Shown here in pieces: positions 1 to 8,688 of a stretch of DNA of 64,000 bases (positions are counted from its first letter, which is position 1; every line of letters starts with the position of its first letter). The stretch spans positions 70,503 to 134,502 of the forward strand of contig JAYRFK010000075.1 in assembly GCA_041908445.1 (NCBI GenBank), given 5' to 3'. The notes under the pieces were generated by a model that was not told the origin of the DNA, ran no database searches, and was given only the letters and a program-made list of their open reading frames with translations. Made by a program: the position numbers and the translations under genes. This DNA comes from Acidimicrobiales bacterium (lineage in GTDB: Bacteria; Actinomycetota; Acidimicrobiia; Acidimicrobiales; DATDAH01).

Positions 1-324
1 CCGGACTGGCAGCGGGTGGCCACCTGGCGGTCGCTGGCGCCGGAGGTGCGGTTGGTGGACTCCACCCGCCTGCGCCGCATGAAGGAGGGCCCCGAGCGAC
101 GGGCGGCGGCGCTGGCCGACGCCGGCATCGACGCGGTGAACCTGCACCACAGCGACTGGACCGGTGGGCTCACGACCCTGTTCCACCGGTTCGAGCGCTA
201 CTGCCTGGGCTGGGACGCCCAGTACCCCCGGTCGCTCCAGCAGTTGCTCGACGTGGGCATCGACGGGGTCTTCTCCGACCATGTCGACCGCATGGTCGAC
301 GCGCTGCGCGCCGCGAGGGGGTGA
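1..324 (+). CDS. glycerophosphodiester phosphodiesterase-family protein, C-terminal fragment (5' end outside window)
   Basis: Frame 1 is open from base 1 to the TGA at 322-324. The tail GIDAVNLHH...GIDGVFSDHVDRM resembles the end of GDPD domains. Third codon positions are almost all G/C. Confidence 0.5.
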   Translation, partial: PDWQRVATWRSLAPEVRLVDSTRLRRMKEGPERRAAALADAGIDAVNLHHSDWTGGLTTLFHRFERYCLGWDAQYPRSLQQLLDVGIDGVFSDHVDRMVDALRAARG

Positions 325-364
325 CCGACCGCCACGGGGGCACGCCGCCGGGGCGCGCGCGTGC

Positions 365-949
365 CTACAGCGTCGAGATGTCGCCGAGCGGCCACACCCG
401 GAAGAAGGCGCGGCCGACGATCGTGTCCTCGGCGATGGGGCCGAAGAAGCGGCTGTCGCGGGAGTCCCCGCGGTTGTCGCCCATCATGAAGTAGTGCCCG
501 TCGGGCACGGTGACCGGGTCGAAGTCGCCCGTGGTCACGCCCTCGTCGAGGTAGGGCTCGTCGAGGGGCTCGCCGTCGATCAGGATCTGGCCGTTCTGGG
601 CCTCGACCGTCTCCCCCGGCAGGGCGATGACCCGCTTGATGAGGTCGGTGATCTGCGAGTCGGCCTCGCCCTCGGGGCGCTCGAACACCATGATGTCGCC
701 CCGGTGCACGTCGTGGACCTTGTAGCTCAGCTTGTTGACCAGGACCCGGTCGCCGATGTTGAGCGTCGACACCATCGACGAGGACGGGATGTAGAAGGCC
801 TGCAGCAGGAAGGTCTTGATGACCAGGGCGATGATCAGCGCCCCGCCGACGACCACCACCCACTCCACCAGGCTGCGCAGGCCCGAGCCGTGGGACTCCT
901 CGTCGGCGTCGTCGTCGAGGTCGAGGGTGCTGGGGTCGGAGGTGGTCAC
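365..949 (-). CDS. lepB: signal peptidase I
   Basis: An N-terminal TM segment is followed by the SPase I boxes IPSSSM (Ser nucleophile), KRVIALPGE (Lys) and GDNRGDSRDSR. Confidence 0.9.
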   Translation of the reverse strand: MTTSDPSTLDLDDDADEESHGSGLRSLVEWVVVVGGALIIALVIKTFLLQAFYIPSSSMVSTLNIGDRVLVNKLSYKVHDVHRGDIMVFERPEGEADSQITDLIKRVIALPGETVEAQNGQILIDGEPLDEPYLDEGVTTGDFDPVTVPDGHYFMMGDNRGDSRDSRFFGPIAEDTIVGRAFFRVWPLGDISTL

Positions 950-961
950 GGCAGGCGCAGG

Positions 962-1936
962 CTAACCCAGGTCCGCCGTGATCCCGTAGCGCCCGAGCAC
1001 CCGCGCCGCCGCCTCCGCACGGACCGACGGGCCGCCGAGGCGGGCGTCGACGGACACGAGGGTGGCGTCGGGCCCGAGGCCGAGCAGCAGGCGCTCGAGC
1101 CAGGGCCGGGCGGTCACCCCGAGGGTCGCTCGCACCCGGCCGTCGCCCAGGTCCTCGACCGCCTCGCAGGGGTGGTGCTCGACGACCCAGCGGGCCGCGG
1201 GCCCGAGGTCGAGGACCACCCGGGGGGCGTCCGGGCCGGGCTGGAAGTCGAGGGTCGTGCCCTCCTCCGCGCCGCTCGGCGGCTCGAACGTGACGTCGAG
1301 CACGTCGGCGGCGCCGATGCGGTCGATCCGGAACACCCGCTCGCCCCCGGCCGAGTGGCAGTGCGCGGCCACGTACCAGCGGCCCTGGTCGGCGAACACC
1401 CGGTGCGGGTCGATCTCTCGGCGGGTGTGCTCGTCGCGGCCGAACGAGTAGTAGTCGATGACCACGCGGCGACGTTCCCGCACGGCGCCGCGGAGCTGGT
1501 CGAGCAGCTCCGGCGCCACGTCGTCGCCGAGGCGGACGTCCACCGAGCCTTCGTCGCCGATGCCGAGCGAGGCCGCCAGCTTGGCCAGGCCGCGGGCGAG
1601 CGACCCGTCGGGGTCGAAGCCGGGGGTGCCCACCGCGCTGCGGCCCGCCGCGACCAGGGCCAGGCCCTCCTCGGGGGTGAGCCGCAGCGGCCGGCCGAAG
1701 GGCTCCGCCAGGTGGAGCCAGATGCGGCCGTCCTCGAGCACCACGTCGATCAGGGCGTCCGGGGTGAACGGGTGGACGCCGACGAACTGGAGGGTCTCCA
1801 GCGCCTTGAGCAGCTCGGCCTCAACGATCCCGAAGCGGCGGCAGACCTCGTCCACCGAGGCCCCCGGGTGGTCCACGAGCCAGGGCACGATGCTCAGGAG
1901 CTGCTGGAGCCGGTCGCTGGCCGCGTGGCGGCTCAT
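962..1936 (-). CDS. pafC: WYL-domain transcriptional regulator PafC
   Basis: N-terminal HTH-like region, and WYL region VVIDYYSFGRDEHTRREIDPHRVFADQGRWYVAAHC. It is the second of two paralogous regulators after pafA. I moved the start to ATG 1936, which forms an ATGA overlap with the pafB stop. Confidence 0.8.
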   Translation of the reverse strand: MSRHAASDRLQQLLSIVPWLVDHPGASVDEVCRRFGIVEAELLKALETLQFVGVHPFTPDALIDVVLEDGRIWLHLAEPFGRPLRLTPEEGLALVAAGRSAVGTPGFDPDGSLARGLAKLAASLGIGDEGSVDVRLGDDVAPELLDQLRGAVRERRRVVIDYYSFGRDEHTRREIDPHRVFADQGRWYVAAHCHSAGGERVFRIDRIGAADVLDVTFEPPSGAEEGTTLDFQPGPDAPRVVLDLGPAARWVVEHHPCEAVEDLGDGRVRATLGVTARPWLERLLLGLGPDATLVSVDARLGGPSVRAEAAARVLGRYGITADLG

Positions 1937-2862
1937 CCCGGCACCGCCAGCGCCCGGAGCCACGCCACCACGTCGTCGCGCAGCGCCGGCGGGCCGAGCA
2001 CCTCTGCGTGGTCGAGGAAGCCCAGCACGAAGGATCGGAAGCCCTCCCGGTTCGTCACCGCCACGGTGAAGACGACCGAACCGTCGGCCTGCTCCTCGGC
2101 GGCCACGTCGGCGCCCAGTGCGTGCTGGGCCAGGGCGGCGTGGTCGGCGTCCACCAGCAGCCGGGCCTCGACCGGCTCGCCCTCGCCGAGCTGCCAGGCC
2201 GCGACCTCGACGCCGGGCACGGTGCCGCCCGGCCGCTCGAAGGTACCCGGGGCGCCGGCGACGACAGCGCCCTCGATCCGGTCGAAGCGGAAGTTCCGGG
2301 CCTCGCCCCGCAGGTGGTCGAGGCCCGTGAGGTACCAGCGGCCGCGCTGGAAGTCGAGGCGGTGGGGGTCGACGGTGCGCTCCTCCCCCCGGTAGGTGAA
2401 GGTCAGTCGGCGCCGCTCGGCCACGGCCTGGAACGCGGTCGCCACGGCGGCGTCGGTGGGGAGCTCCCCGAGGGGCGCGCCCGCCTCCCCCTCCTCGGCG
2501 GCCACGACGCCGCCGAGCTTCCGGAGCCCGCCCACGCCCCCGTCACCGTCGAGGTGGACGGCGCCGGCGGCCAGGTTCAGGGCCGCGAGCTCGTCGGGGG
2601 CGAGGCCCGGGTCGCGCAGGTAGTACTCCCGGCGCAGGATCTGGTAGCCGGCGACAGGCGGGTCGGTGCCGGGCACGGTGTCCACCCGCAGCGGGATGCC
2701 CATCTCGCGCAGGTCGTCCTTGTCGCGCTCGAACGCCCGTCGGAAGCTGGCGTCCTTGTCCGGGTACCCGGGCACCCGCTCGCGGACCTCTTCCGCGGCG
2801 AGCGGCCGCCCCGTCTCCAAGAGCGCCGCGATCAGGTTCAGCAGCCGCTCCACCTTCTCCAT
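1933..2862 (-). CDS. pafB: WYL-domain transcriptional regulator PafB
   Basis: HTH N-terminus MEKVERLLNLIAALLETGRP, and WYL region TFTYRGEERTVDPHRLDFQRGRWYLTGLD. A GGAGGAGG Shine-Dalgarno lies upstream of the ATG at 2862. Confidence 0.85.
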   Translation of the reverse strand: MEKVERLLNLIAALLETGRPLAAEEVRERVPGYPDKDASFRRAFERDKDDLREMGIPLRVDTVPGTDPPVAGYQILRREYYLRDPGLAPDELAALNLAAGAVHLDGDGGVGGLRKLGGVVAAEEGEAGAPLGELPTDAAVATAFQAVAERRRLTFTYRGEERTVDPHRLDFQRGRWYLTGLDHLRGEARNFRFDRIEGAVVAGAPGTFERPGGTVPGVEVAAWQLGEGEPVEARLLVDADHAALAQHALGADVAAEEQADGSVVFTVAVTNREGFRSFVLGFLDHAEVLGPPALRDDVVAWLRALAVPG

Positions 2863-2872
2863 TCGCTATGCA

Positions 2873-2936
2873 CCTCCTCCGTCGGTGCCGCTCCGGGATC
2901 CGGTTCGCCCGCGGCGCTGCTCCGCTCCGCTCCGCA
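2873..2936. repeat. copy A of a roughly 60-nt dispersed repeat (second copy at 57150-57208)
   Basis: Hand alignment of cctcctccgtcggtgccgctccgggatccggttcgcc...gctgctccgctccg(ctccg)ca with 57150-57208. Copy A lies in the 89-nt spacer between the DUF3866-like gene and pafB and includes the pafB Shine-Dalgarno. Confidence 0.6.
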
Positions 2937-2951
2937 ACGTCACCACGTCCA

Positions 2952-4001
2952 TCACCCGATCAGCCGGGCGGCGAGGGCGCCGGCCGCGCCCGCGGCCTGG
3001 AAGAAGGCGCGGTCCTGCTCGGGGCCGCGGCCCATGGTGGTCACCCGCAGGCCCTGGGCCTCGAGCAGCGCGGGCGTGTCCGGCTCGTCCACCTCGACCG
3101 CGTCGACCCGGCCCCGCGCCCCGAGCAGCGGGTGGGCGGCCACGGTGACGGGGGCGTGCACGAGGTCGAGCACCGTGCGGCTGTGGTGGCTCACCCCGCG
3201 GTGGCGCTCGCGCTGGTCGCCCTCGGAGACCCGGAGGCACATGACCGGCTGCCCGTCGAGGGCAGCGGCGGTGTCGAGGATGGTGGCCACCTCGACCGCG
3301 GTCGTGCCGAGGGTGGTGTCGGTGCCCACCACACCGGGCCCCATCCCCACGACCACGGCGTCCGCGTGGAGCTGGTGGCGGGCCAGGGCGAGGGCGGACG
3401 CGACCGTGACCGCCTCCAGGTCGCCCCCGAAGGCGTGCCCCGCGGTGACGGTGGCGTCGAGCAGGCCCTTGTCCTTCATCGAGGCCACCAGGTCGGAGAA
3501 GACCAGCGGCAGCGAGGCGCCGTCGGTCATCACGTAGACCAGCCGCGCCGAGGGGTTCGCGGCCTTCAGCGCCACCGCCACGCACGGCACCTGGCTGTGC
3601 ACGCTGCAGACCACGACGGGCAGGCCGTCGAGCCCGGTGGGCAGGTCCTCGAGGTGCTCCTCGGCCGACCCGGTGTCGGCCTGCAGGCTCGTGTAGCGCA
3701 GCTTCATGATGTGGCCCGGGCCCTTGCGCCGCCAGGACCGCCGGCTGAGGTTCCAGTGCACGACGTGCCAGCCGCCCGTGCCGAGGCCCCACTCCACCGC
3801 GGTGGTGTTGCAGACCACGTCGTCGCCCACCGCGACATCGCCGATGAGGTCGGTCAGGACGTAGGCCCGGGCCGGGCCGCCGTCGGCGCCGGCCTCCTGC
3901 CCGTCGACCTCGGGGTCGGGCTCGAGCTCGACCGCCACCCGCTGCAGGCCCGGGCGCTCGCTGAGGATCTCGGCCACGCGGCCGCTGCGGAAGGCGGGCA
4001 C
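2952..4001 (-). CDS. DUF3866-like protein of unknown function
   Basis: 349 aa. The N-terminal barrel-like region has the motif NTTAVEWGLGTGGWHVV, which I recall as typical of DUF3866. A Rossmann-like central part follows. The GTG start lies 7 nt after the pafA stop. Confidence 0.7.
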   Translation of the reverse strand: MPAFRSGRVAEILSERPGLQRVAVELEPDPEVDGQEAGADGGPARAYVLTDLIGDVAVGDDVVCNTTAVEWGLGTGGWHVVHWNLSRRSWRRKGPGHIMKLRYTSLQADTGSAEEHLEDLPTGLDGLPVVVCSVHSQVPCVAVALKAANPSARLVYVMTDGASLPLVFSDLVASMKDKGLLDATVTAGHAFGGDLEAVTVASALALARHQLHADAVVVGMGPGVVGTDTTLGTTAVEVATILDTAAALDGQPVMCLRVSEGDQRERHRGVSHHSRTVLDLVHAPVTVAAHPLLGARGRVDAVEVDEPDTPALLEAQGLRVTTMGRGPEQDRAFFQAAGAAGALAARLIG

Positions 4002-4008
4002 AGCCGGG

Positions 4009-5367
4009 TCAGAGTGAGGCGATCAGCTTCTCGACGCGCTCGTCGCGCGACTTGAAGGGGTCCTTGCACAGCACGGTCCGCTGGGCCTGGTCGTTGAGCT
4101 TCAGGTGCACCCAGTCGACCGTGTAGTCCCGCTTGCGCTCCTTGGCCTTGCGGATGAACTCCCCGCGCAGCCGGGCCCGGGTGGTCTGGGGCGGCTGGTC
4201 GACGGCGAGGTCGATCTCCTCGTCGGTGCACATGCGGTCGACGAGGCCGCGACGCTGCATCCGGTAGAAGAGGCCGCGGTCCCGGTTCACGTCGTGGTAC
4301 TGCAGGTCGACCAGGGCGACCTTCGGATCGGTGAGGGCCAGGCCGTGGCGCTCGCGGTAGGCCTCGATGAGGTTGTGCTTGATGACCCAGTCGCACTCGC
4401 GGTCGAGCGAGAGCGGGTCCTTCTCGATGCCGGTGAGGCAGTGCTCCCACATGTCGAGGGCCTGCTGCTCGAGAGGGCTGAGGCCCTTGGTGTCGGCGTA
4501 GCGCAGCGCCCGGTTCAGGTACTCGGACTGGATCTCCAGGGCGCTGGCCTCGCGGCCGTTGGCCAGGCGCACCCGCCGGGTGCAGGTCATGTCGTGGCTG
4601 ATCTCGCGGATGGCCCGGATGGGGTTCTCCAGGGTCATGTCCCGGAAGGTGACCATGCGGTCCTCGAGCATCCGCAGCAGGATGCTGGTGGTGCCGATCT
4701 TCACGAAGTTGGCGTACTCGCTCATGTTCGAGTCGCCCACGATCACGTGGAGGCGCCGGTAGCGCTCGGCGTCGGCGTGGGGCTCGTCGCGGGTGTTGAT
4801 GATCGGCCGCGACCGGGTCGTGGCGCTGGAGACCCCCTCCCAGATGTGCTCGGCCCGCTGGCTGATGCAGAACATCGCCCCCCGGGCGGTCTGCAGCACC
4901 TTGCCGGCGCCGGCGAAGATCTGGCGGCTCACGAAGAACGGGATCAGCACCTCGACGTAGTGGCTGAAGTCATCCTGGCGGCTGGTGAGGTAGTTCTCGT
5001 GGCAGCCGTAGGAGTTGCCCGCTGAGTCGGTGTTGTTCTTGAACAGGTAGATGACGCCGCGGATGCCCTCCTCGCGGAGGCGCTGCTCGGCGCTGGCGAG
5101 GAGCTGCTCGAGGATGCGCTCCCCCGCCTTGTCGTGCACGACCAGGTCGTGGATGGAGTCGCACTCGGGCGTGGCGTACTCGGGGTGCGAGCCCACGTCG
5201 AGGTACAGGCGCGCGCCGTTGGCGAGGAAGACGTTGGAGGAGCGCCCCCACGAGACGACCCGGCGGAACAGGTACCGGGCGACCTCGTCCGGGCTCAGCC
5301 GGCGCTGGCCGCGGAGCGTGCAGGTGACCCCGTACTCGTTCTCCAGGCCGAAGATCCGGCGTTCCAT
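4009..5367 (-). CDS. pafA: Pup--protein ligase PafA
   Basis: The N-terminus [16 protein letters not shown]...[47 protein letters not shown] is near-identical in pattern to mycobacterial PafA. Confidence 0.95.
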   Translation of the reverse strand: MERRIFGLENEYGVTCTLRGQRRLSPDEVARYLFRRVVSWGRSSNVFLANGARLYLDVGSHPEYATPECDSIHDLVVHDKAGERILEQLLASAEQRLREEGIRGVIYLFKNNTDSAGNSYGCHENYLTSRQDDFSHYVEVLIPFFVSRQIFAGAGKVLQTARGAMFCISQRAEHIWEGVSSATTRSRPIINTRDEPHADAERYRRLHVIVGDSNMSEYANFVKIGTTSILLRMLEDRMVTFRDMTLENPIRAIREISHDMTCTRRVRLANGREASALEIQSEYLNRALRYADTKGLSPLEQQALDMWEHCLTGIEKDPLSLDRECDWVIKHNLIEAYRERHGLALTDPKVALVDLQYHDVNRDRGLFYRMQRRGLVDRMCTDEEIDLAVDQPPQTTRARLRGEFIRKAKERKRDYTVDWVHLKLNDQAQRTVLCKDPFKSRDERVEKLIASL

Positions 5368-5437
5368 CGCGCCAACCTACACAGCCCCCACCGGTTCGCC
5401 TTGGCTCCTCCGGCGGGGGATCTCGACGCCGTGGCCG

Positions 5438-6115
5438 TCAGGCCAGCAGGCCGGTGAGCTCCTCGCCCTCGATGCGGCGGAAGGCCCGGCGGCCGTTGCT
5501 GCGGGCCAGCACGGCCACCTCGAGGTCGTCGGCGACCAGGGTGCGGTCGGGGCCGCCGATGGCCGAGCAGGCCGCCTTGAGGGCGTCGCCGAGGGCCAGG
5601 CCCTCGCCCCACGCCTCGCCGAGGCGCTGCGCGATCGCCTCGGCCTCGCCGCCGAGCACGGTGAAGTCGGACTCGTCGACGACGGTGCCGTCGTAGAGGA
5701 TGTGGAACAGGCGGTCGCCCTCGGGGTCGTGGCCGACCTCGGCGACGAGGATCTCCACCTCCATGGGCTTCATCTCGTTCGTGAAGATCTGGCCGAGGAT
5801 CTGGGCGTACTGGTTGGCCAGGCTGCGGGCGTCCACGTCGGCCCGGCTGAACGAGTAGCCCTTCATGTCGGCGTGGCGGACGCCGGCGATGCGCAGCGAG
5901 TCGAACTCGTTGTACTTGCCGACCCCGGCGAAGCCGATGCGGTCGTAGATCTCGCTGGTCTTGCGCAGGGTGGCCGACGGGTTCTCGGCGCAGATGAGGA
6001 TGCCGTCGTCGTAGACCACGGCGGCCAGGCTGCGGCCCCGGGCGATGCCCTTGCGGGCGTAGTCGGCCCGGTCCTTCATCACCTGCTCGGGGGCGACGTA
6101 GAACGGCATGCTCAT
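5438..6115 (-). CDS. prcA: 20S proteasome alpha subunit
   Basis: MSMPFYVAPEQVMKDRADYARKGIARGRS... matches the bacterial PrcA N-terminus. ATGA overlap with the prcB stop. Confidence 0.93.
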   Translation of the reverse strand: MSMPFYVAPEQVMKDRADYARKGIARGRSLAAVVYDDGILICAENPSATLRKTSEIYDRIGFAGVGKYNEFDSLRIAGVRHADMKGYSFSRADVDARSLANQYAQILGQIFTNEMKPMEVEILVAEVGHDPEGDRLFHILYDGTVVDESDFTVLGGEAEAIAQRLGEAWGEGLALGDALKAACSAIGGPDRTLVADDLEVAVLARSNGRRAFRRIEGEELTGLLA

Positions 6116-6930
6116 GAGAGGGTCCCTCCGGCGAGCGGGCCTCGCGTCTCGTGCAGCAGGTCGACCAGCGTGCGGAACCGGTCGGCGATCTCGGCCTCCT
6201 CGACCGCCTGGAAGCCCTCGGCGGTGATGGTGGCCACGCTCGGGTAGATGGCCCGGACGAGGTCGGGGCCGCCGGTGGCGGAGTCCTCGTCGGCGGCCTC
6301 GAACAGGGCCGAGATGACGAGGTCGATGACGTCCTCGCGGGCCAGGCCCGCGCGGTAGCCGATCTTCACCACGGCGCCGGCGTGCAGGCTGCCCGAGCCG
6401 GTGGCGGCGTACTCGCTCTCCTCGTAGCGGCCGCCGGTGACGTCGTACTCGAAGAGGCGGCCCTCCTTGCGGGCGGTGTCGTAGCCGGCGAACAGCGGCA
6501 CGACCGCGAAGCCCTGCATTGCCGCGGGCAGGTGGCCCCGCACCATCTGCGAGAGCTGGTTCGCCTTGCCCTCCAGGCTGATGGTGGTGCCCTCGACCTT
6601 CTCGTAGTGCTCGAGCTGGAGCTGGAAGAGCTTCACCATCTCGATGGCCGGGCCGGCGGCGCCGGCGATGGCCACGCCCGAGTAGCGGTCGGCCGGGAAG
6701 ACCTTGTCCATGTGGCGGTGGCTGATGAGATTCCCCGAGGTGGCCCGCCGGTCGCCGGCCATGACCACGCCGTCGGCGTAGCGCACCGCCACGACCGTCG
6801 TGCCGTGGCTGAAGCGGAGCGACTCGGCCCCCTCGCCCAGGTCGAACCGGGGCGCGAGGCCCTGGGTCCGCAGGAGGTCGACGAAGCTCGGGCCGGGGTC
6901 GTCGCCGACCGGGAAGTACGGGAGCGTCAC
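6112..6930 (-). CDS. prcB: 20S proteasome beta subunit (with propeptide)
   Basis: The propeptide is followed by the HG/TTVVA processing site (catalytic Thr1), then GDRRATSGNLI and DSATGGPDLVR. I chose GTG 6930 as the start because VTLPYFPV... parallels the mycobacterial PrcB N-terminus. The ORF is open up to 7005. Confidence 0.88.
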   Translation of the reverse strand: MTLPYFPVGDDPGPSFVDLLRTQGLAPRFDLGEGAESLRFSHGTTVVAVRYADGVVMAGDRRATSGNLISHRHMDKVFPADRYSGVAIAGAAGPAIEMVKLFQLQLEHYEKVEGTTISLEGKANQLSQMVRGHLPAAMQGFAVVPLFAGYDTARKEGRLFEYDVTGGRYEESEYAATGSGSLHAGAVVKIGYRAGLAREDVIDLVISALFEAADEDSATGGPDLVRAIYPSVATITAEGFQAVEEAEIADRFRTLVDLLHETRGPLAGGTLS

Positions 6931-6940
6931 GGCTCGGAGG

Positions 6941-8401
6941 CTATCGGCTGTCCGTGGCGTCGCCGGAGTCGTCGGCGCCCTCCGCACCACCACCCGCACC
7001 ACCACCCGCGTCGCCGCCCGTGCCGCCGGCCACCGCGTCGTCGCCGCGGGTGCGGGCCCGCCAGATCAGGGCGCCGGCCGCCACCACGCCGACGGCCACC
7101 GCGCCGCCCACGAGCGGGACCGCGAGGCCGCTCCCCCCGTCGTCCCCGCCCGACCCGCCCCCGCCGTCACCACCGCCGGCGGTCGTCGCCGTCGCGGCCT
7201 GCAGCGTGGTCGTGGTGGAGGTCGCCGCCGTCGTGGCGGCCCGGAAGGGCCCGGTCACGGCGTAGCTGACCCCCCGGTTCGCGGGGCCCCCTCGCTGCGA
7301 GCCGAAGTAGAGGTGGCGGCCGTCGGGGCTGAACGCCGGCCCGGTCACCTCCGACGGGAGCCCGCCGGCGGGCACGCCCTCGTCGACGATCCGCAGGAAC
7401 GGGATCGCGTCGCCCTCGGGCGTCAGGAGGACGATCTCCATGTTCCCGCCGTCCTCGGCCACGTAGAGGTCGCCCGTCCCCGGCTCGAGGGTGAGGTTGT
7501 CCACGCCGGTCAACGCGCCGGAGCCGTCGTAGACGACCTCCACCGTCTCGGCCTCGGTGTCGTAGCGGCGGACGTGGTCGTCGCCCTTGGTCGAGAAGAA
7601 CACCGAGCCCTGGTCGAACCAGATGCCCTCGCCGCCGTCGAAGGCGGTGCTGTCGGGCACCTGCTCGCGGGTCGGCGTGTCGGCGGCGCTCGGATCGGGC
7701 ACCTCGAGCCAGGTGACCGAGCCGTCCCCCGCCACCTTCGCCACCTCCAGCGTCCCCGCGGTGAGGTCGGGGTACACCTCGGGCGTGAACCGGTAGAGCC
7801 GGCCGTCGGGGCGGTCCTCGGTGAGGTAGAGCGCCTCGCCGACGGGGTCGACGGCCACGGCCTCGTGCGGGAAGGCCCCCAGCGCGGGACGGGCCTCGGC
7901 GGTGATCTGACCGCTCGGGTCGCACTCCCACACGAGGCCACCCTCGACCTCCTCGCACGACAGCCACGCCTCCCACGGCGTCGGCCCACCGGCGCAGTTC
8001 ATGGTCGTGCCCTCGAGGATCCGCTCTGCGGCGACGATCTCGCCGTCGGCGTCGAAGGTGATGCCGCTGGCCCCGCCCTCGCCCTCCAAGGGGTTCTCGG
8101 TGTTGACCGCCAGGTGCCAGCCCCCGGCGGCGAGGGGGAAGGTGGCGGCGCCGTCGGGGAAGACGGGCCAGGTGTAGCCGGTGCCCTCGACCTCCTCGTC
8201 CGAGCGCGCGATCACCCGGGAGGTGAACCCCTCCGGGAGCACGATCCCGTTCTCGTCCGGCTCGCGACCCTCGATCGAGCCGTAGGGCCCGTCCGCGGTC
8301 GCCTGGGCGGGTGTGGCGCCGGCCGGACGCCACAGCGCCGGCGCGAGCACGGCCGCGCCGGTGGAGGCGGACACGGCCCGGAGGAAGTCCCGTCGTCGCA
8401 T
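6941..8401 (-). CDS. Tat-exported PhoX/DUF839-like beta-propeller protein with C-terminal membrane anchor
   Basis: Twin-arginine signal MRRRDFLRAVSASTGAAVLAP. PhoX-type motif NCAGGPTPWEAWLSCEE. A Thr/Gly-rich linker is followed by a hydrophobic segment (LAVPLVGGAVAVGVVAAGALIW) and a basic/acidic tail. Confidence 0.75.
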   Translation of the reverse strand: MRRRDFLRAVSASTGAAVLAPALWRPAGATPAQATADGPYGSIEGREPDENGIVLPEGFTSRVIARSDEEVEGTGYTWPVFPDGAATFPLAAGGWHLAVNTENPLEGEGGASGITFDADGEIVAAERILEGTTMNCAGGPTPWEAWLSCEEVEGGLVWECDPSGQITAEARPALGAFPHEAVAVDPVGEALYLTEDRPDGRLYRFTPEVYPDLTAGTLEVAKVAGDGSVTWLEVPDPSAADTPTREQVPDSTAFDGGEGIWFDQGSVFFSTKGDDHVRRYDTEAETVEVVYDGSGALTGVDNLTLEPGTGDLYVAEDGGNMEIVLLTPEGDAIPFLRIVDEGVPAGGLPSEVTGPAFSPDGRHLYFGSQRGGPANRGVSYAVTGPFRAATTAATSTTTTLQAATATTAGGGDGGGGSGGDDGGSGLAVPLVGGAVAVGVVAAGALIWRARTRGDDAVAGGTGGDAGGGAGGGAEGADDSGDATDSR

Positions 8402-8441
8402 GGCCGGCGACGCTAGCGGGGCGCGCCGGGCCGGGGTGGGC

Positions 8442-8636
8442 CTACTGGCCGCCCTTCTGCACGTAGCTCCGGACGAAGTCCTCGGCGTTGGTCTCGAGCA
8501 CGTCGTCGATCTCGTCGAGGAGGTCGTCGAGCTCGGCCTTGATCTTCTCGCCCTGCTCCGAGGTCGCCGGTGCGTCCTCGACGTCGGCTTCCTCGCGGGC
8601 GGGGGCGGGGCGGCGCTTCTGCTCCCGTTCGGCCAT
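8442..8636 (-). CDS. pup: prokaryotic ubiquitin-like protein Pup
   Basis: 64 aa, acidic and disordered. C-terminal helix region [29 protein letters not shown] ends in GGQ. Confidence 0.95.
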   Translation of the reverse strand: MAEREQKRRPAPAREEADVEDAPATSEQGEKIKAELDDLLDEIDDVLETNAEDFVRSYVQKGGQ

Positions 8637-8688
8637 CAGGCGCTCCTCTCGTCCGGCTGTCTCGTTCGACTGGTGTCGTCCGTCTGGT

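Noticed and set aside
2881-2888. cgtcggtg inside repeat copy A resembles the PafBC-dependent RecA-NDp half-site tgtcggtg.
   Set aside because: It is on the wrong strand for pafB. The required TANNNT hexamer 8 nt downstream is absent (ggatcc), and copy B does not keep it.
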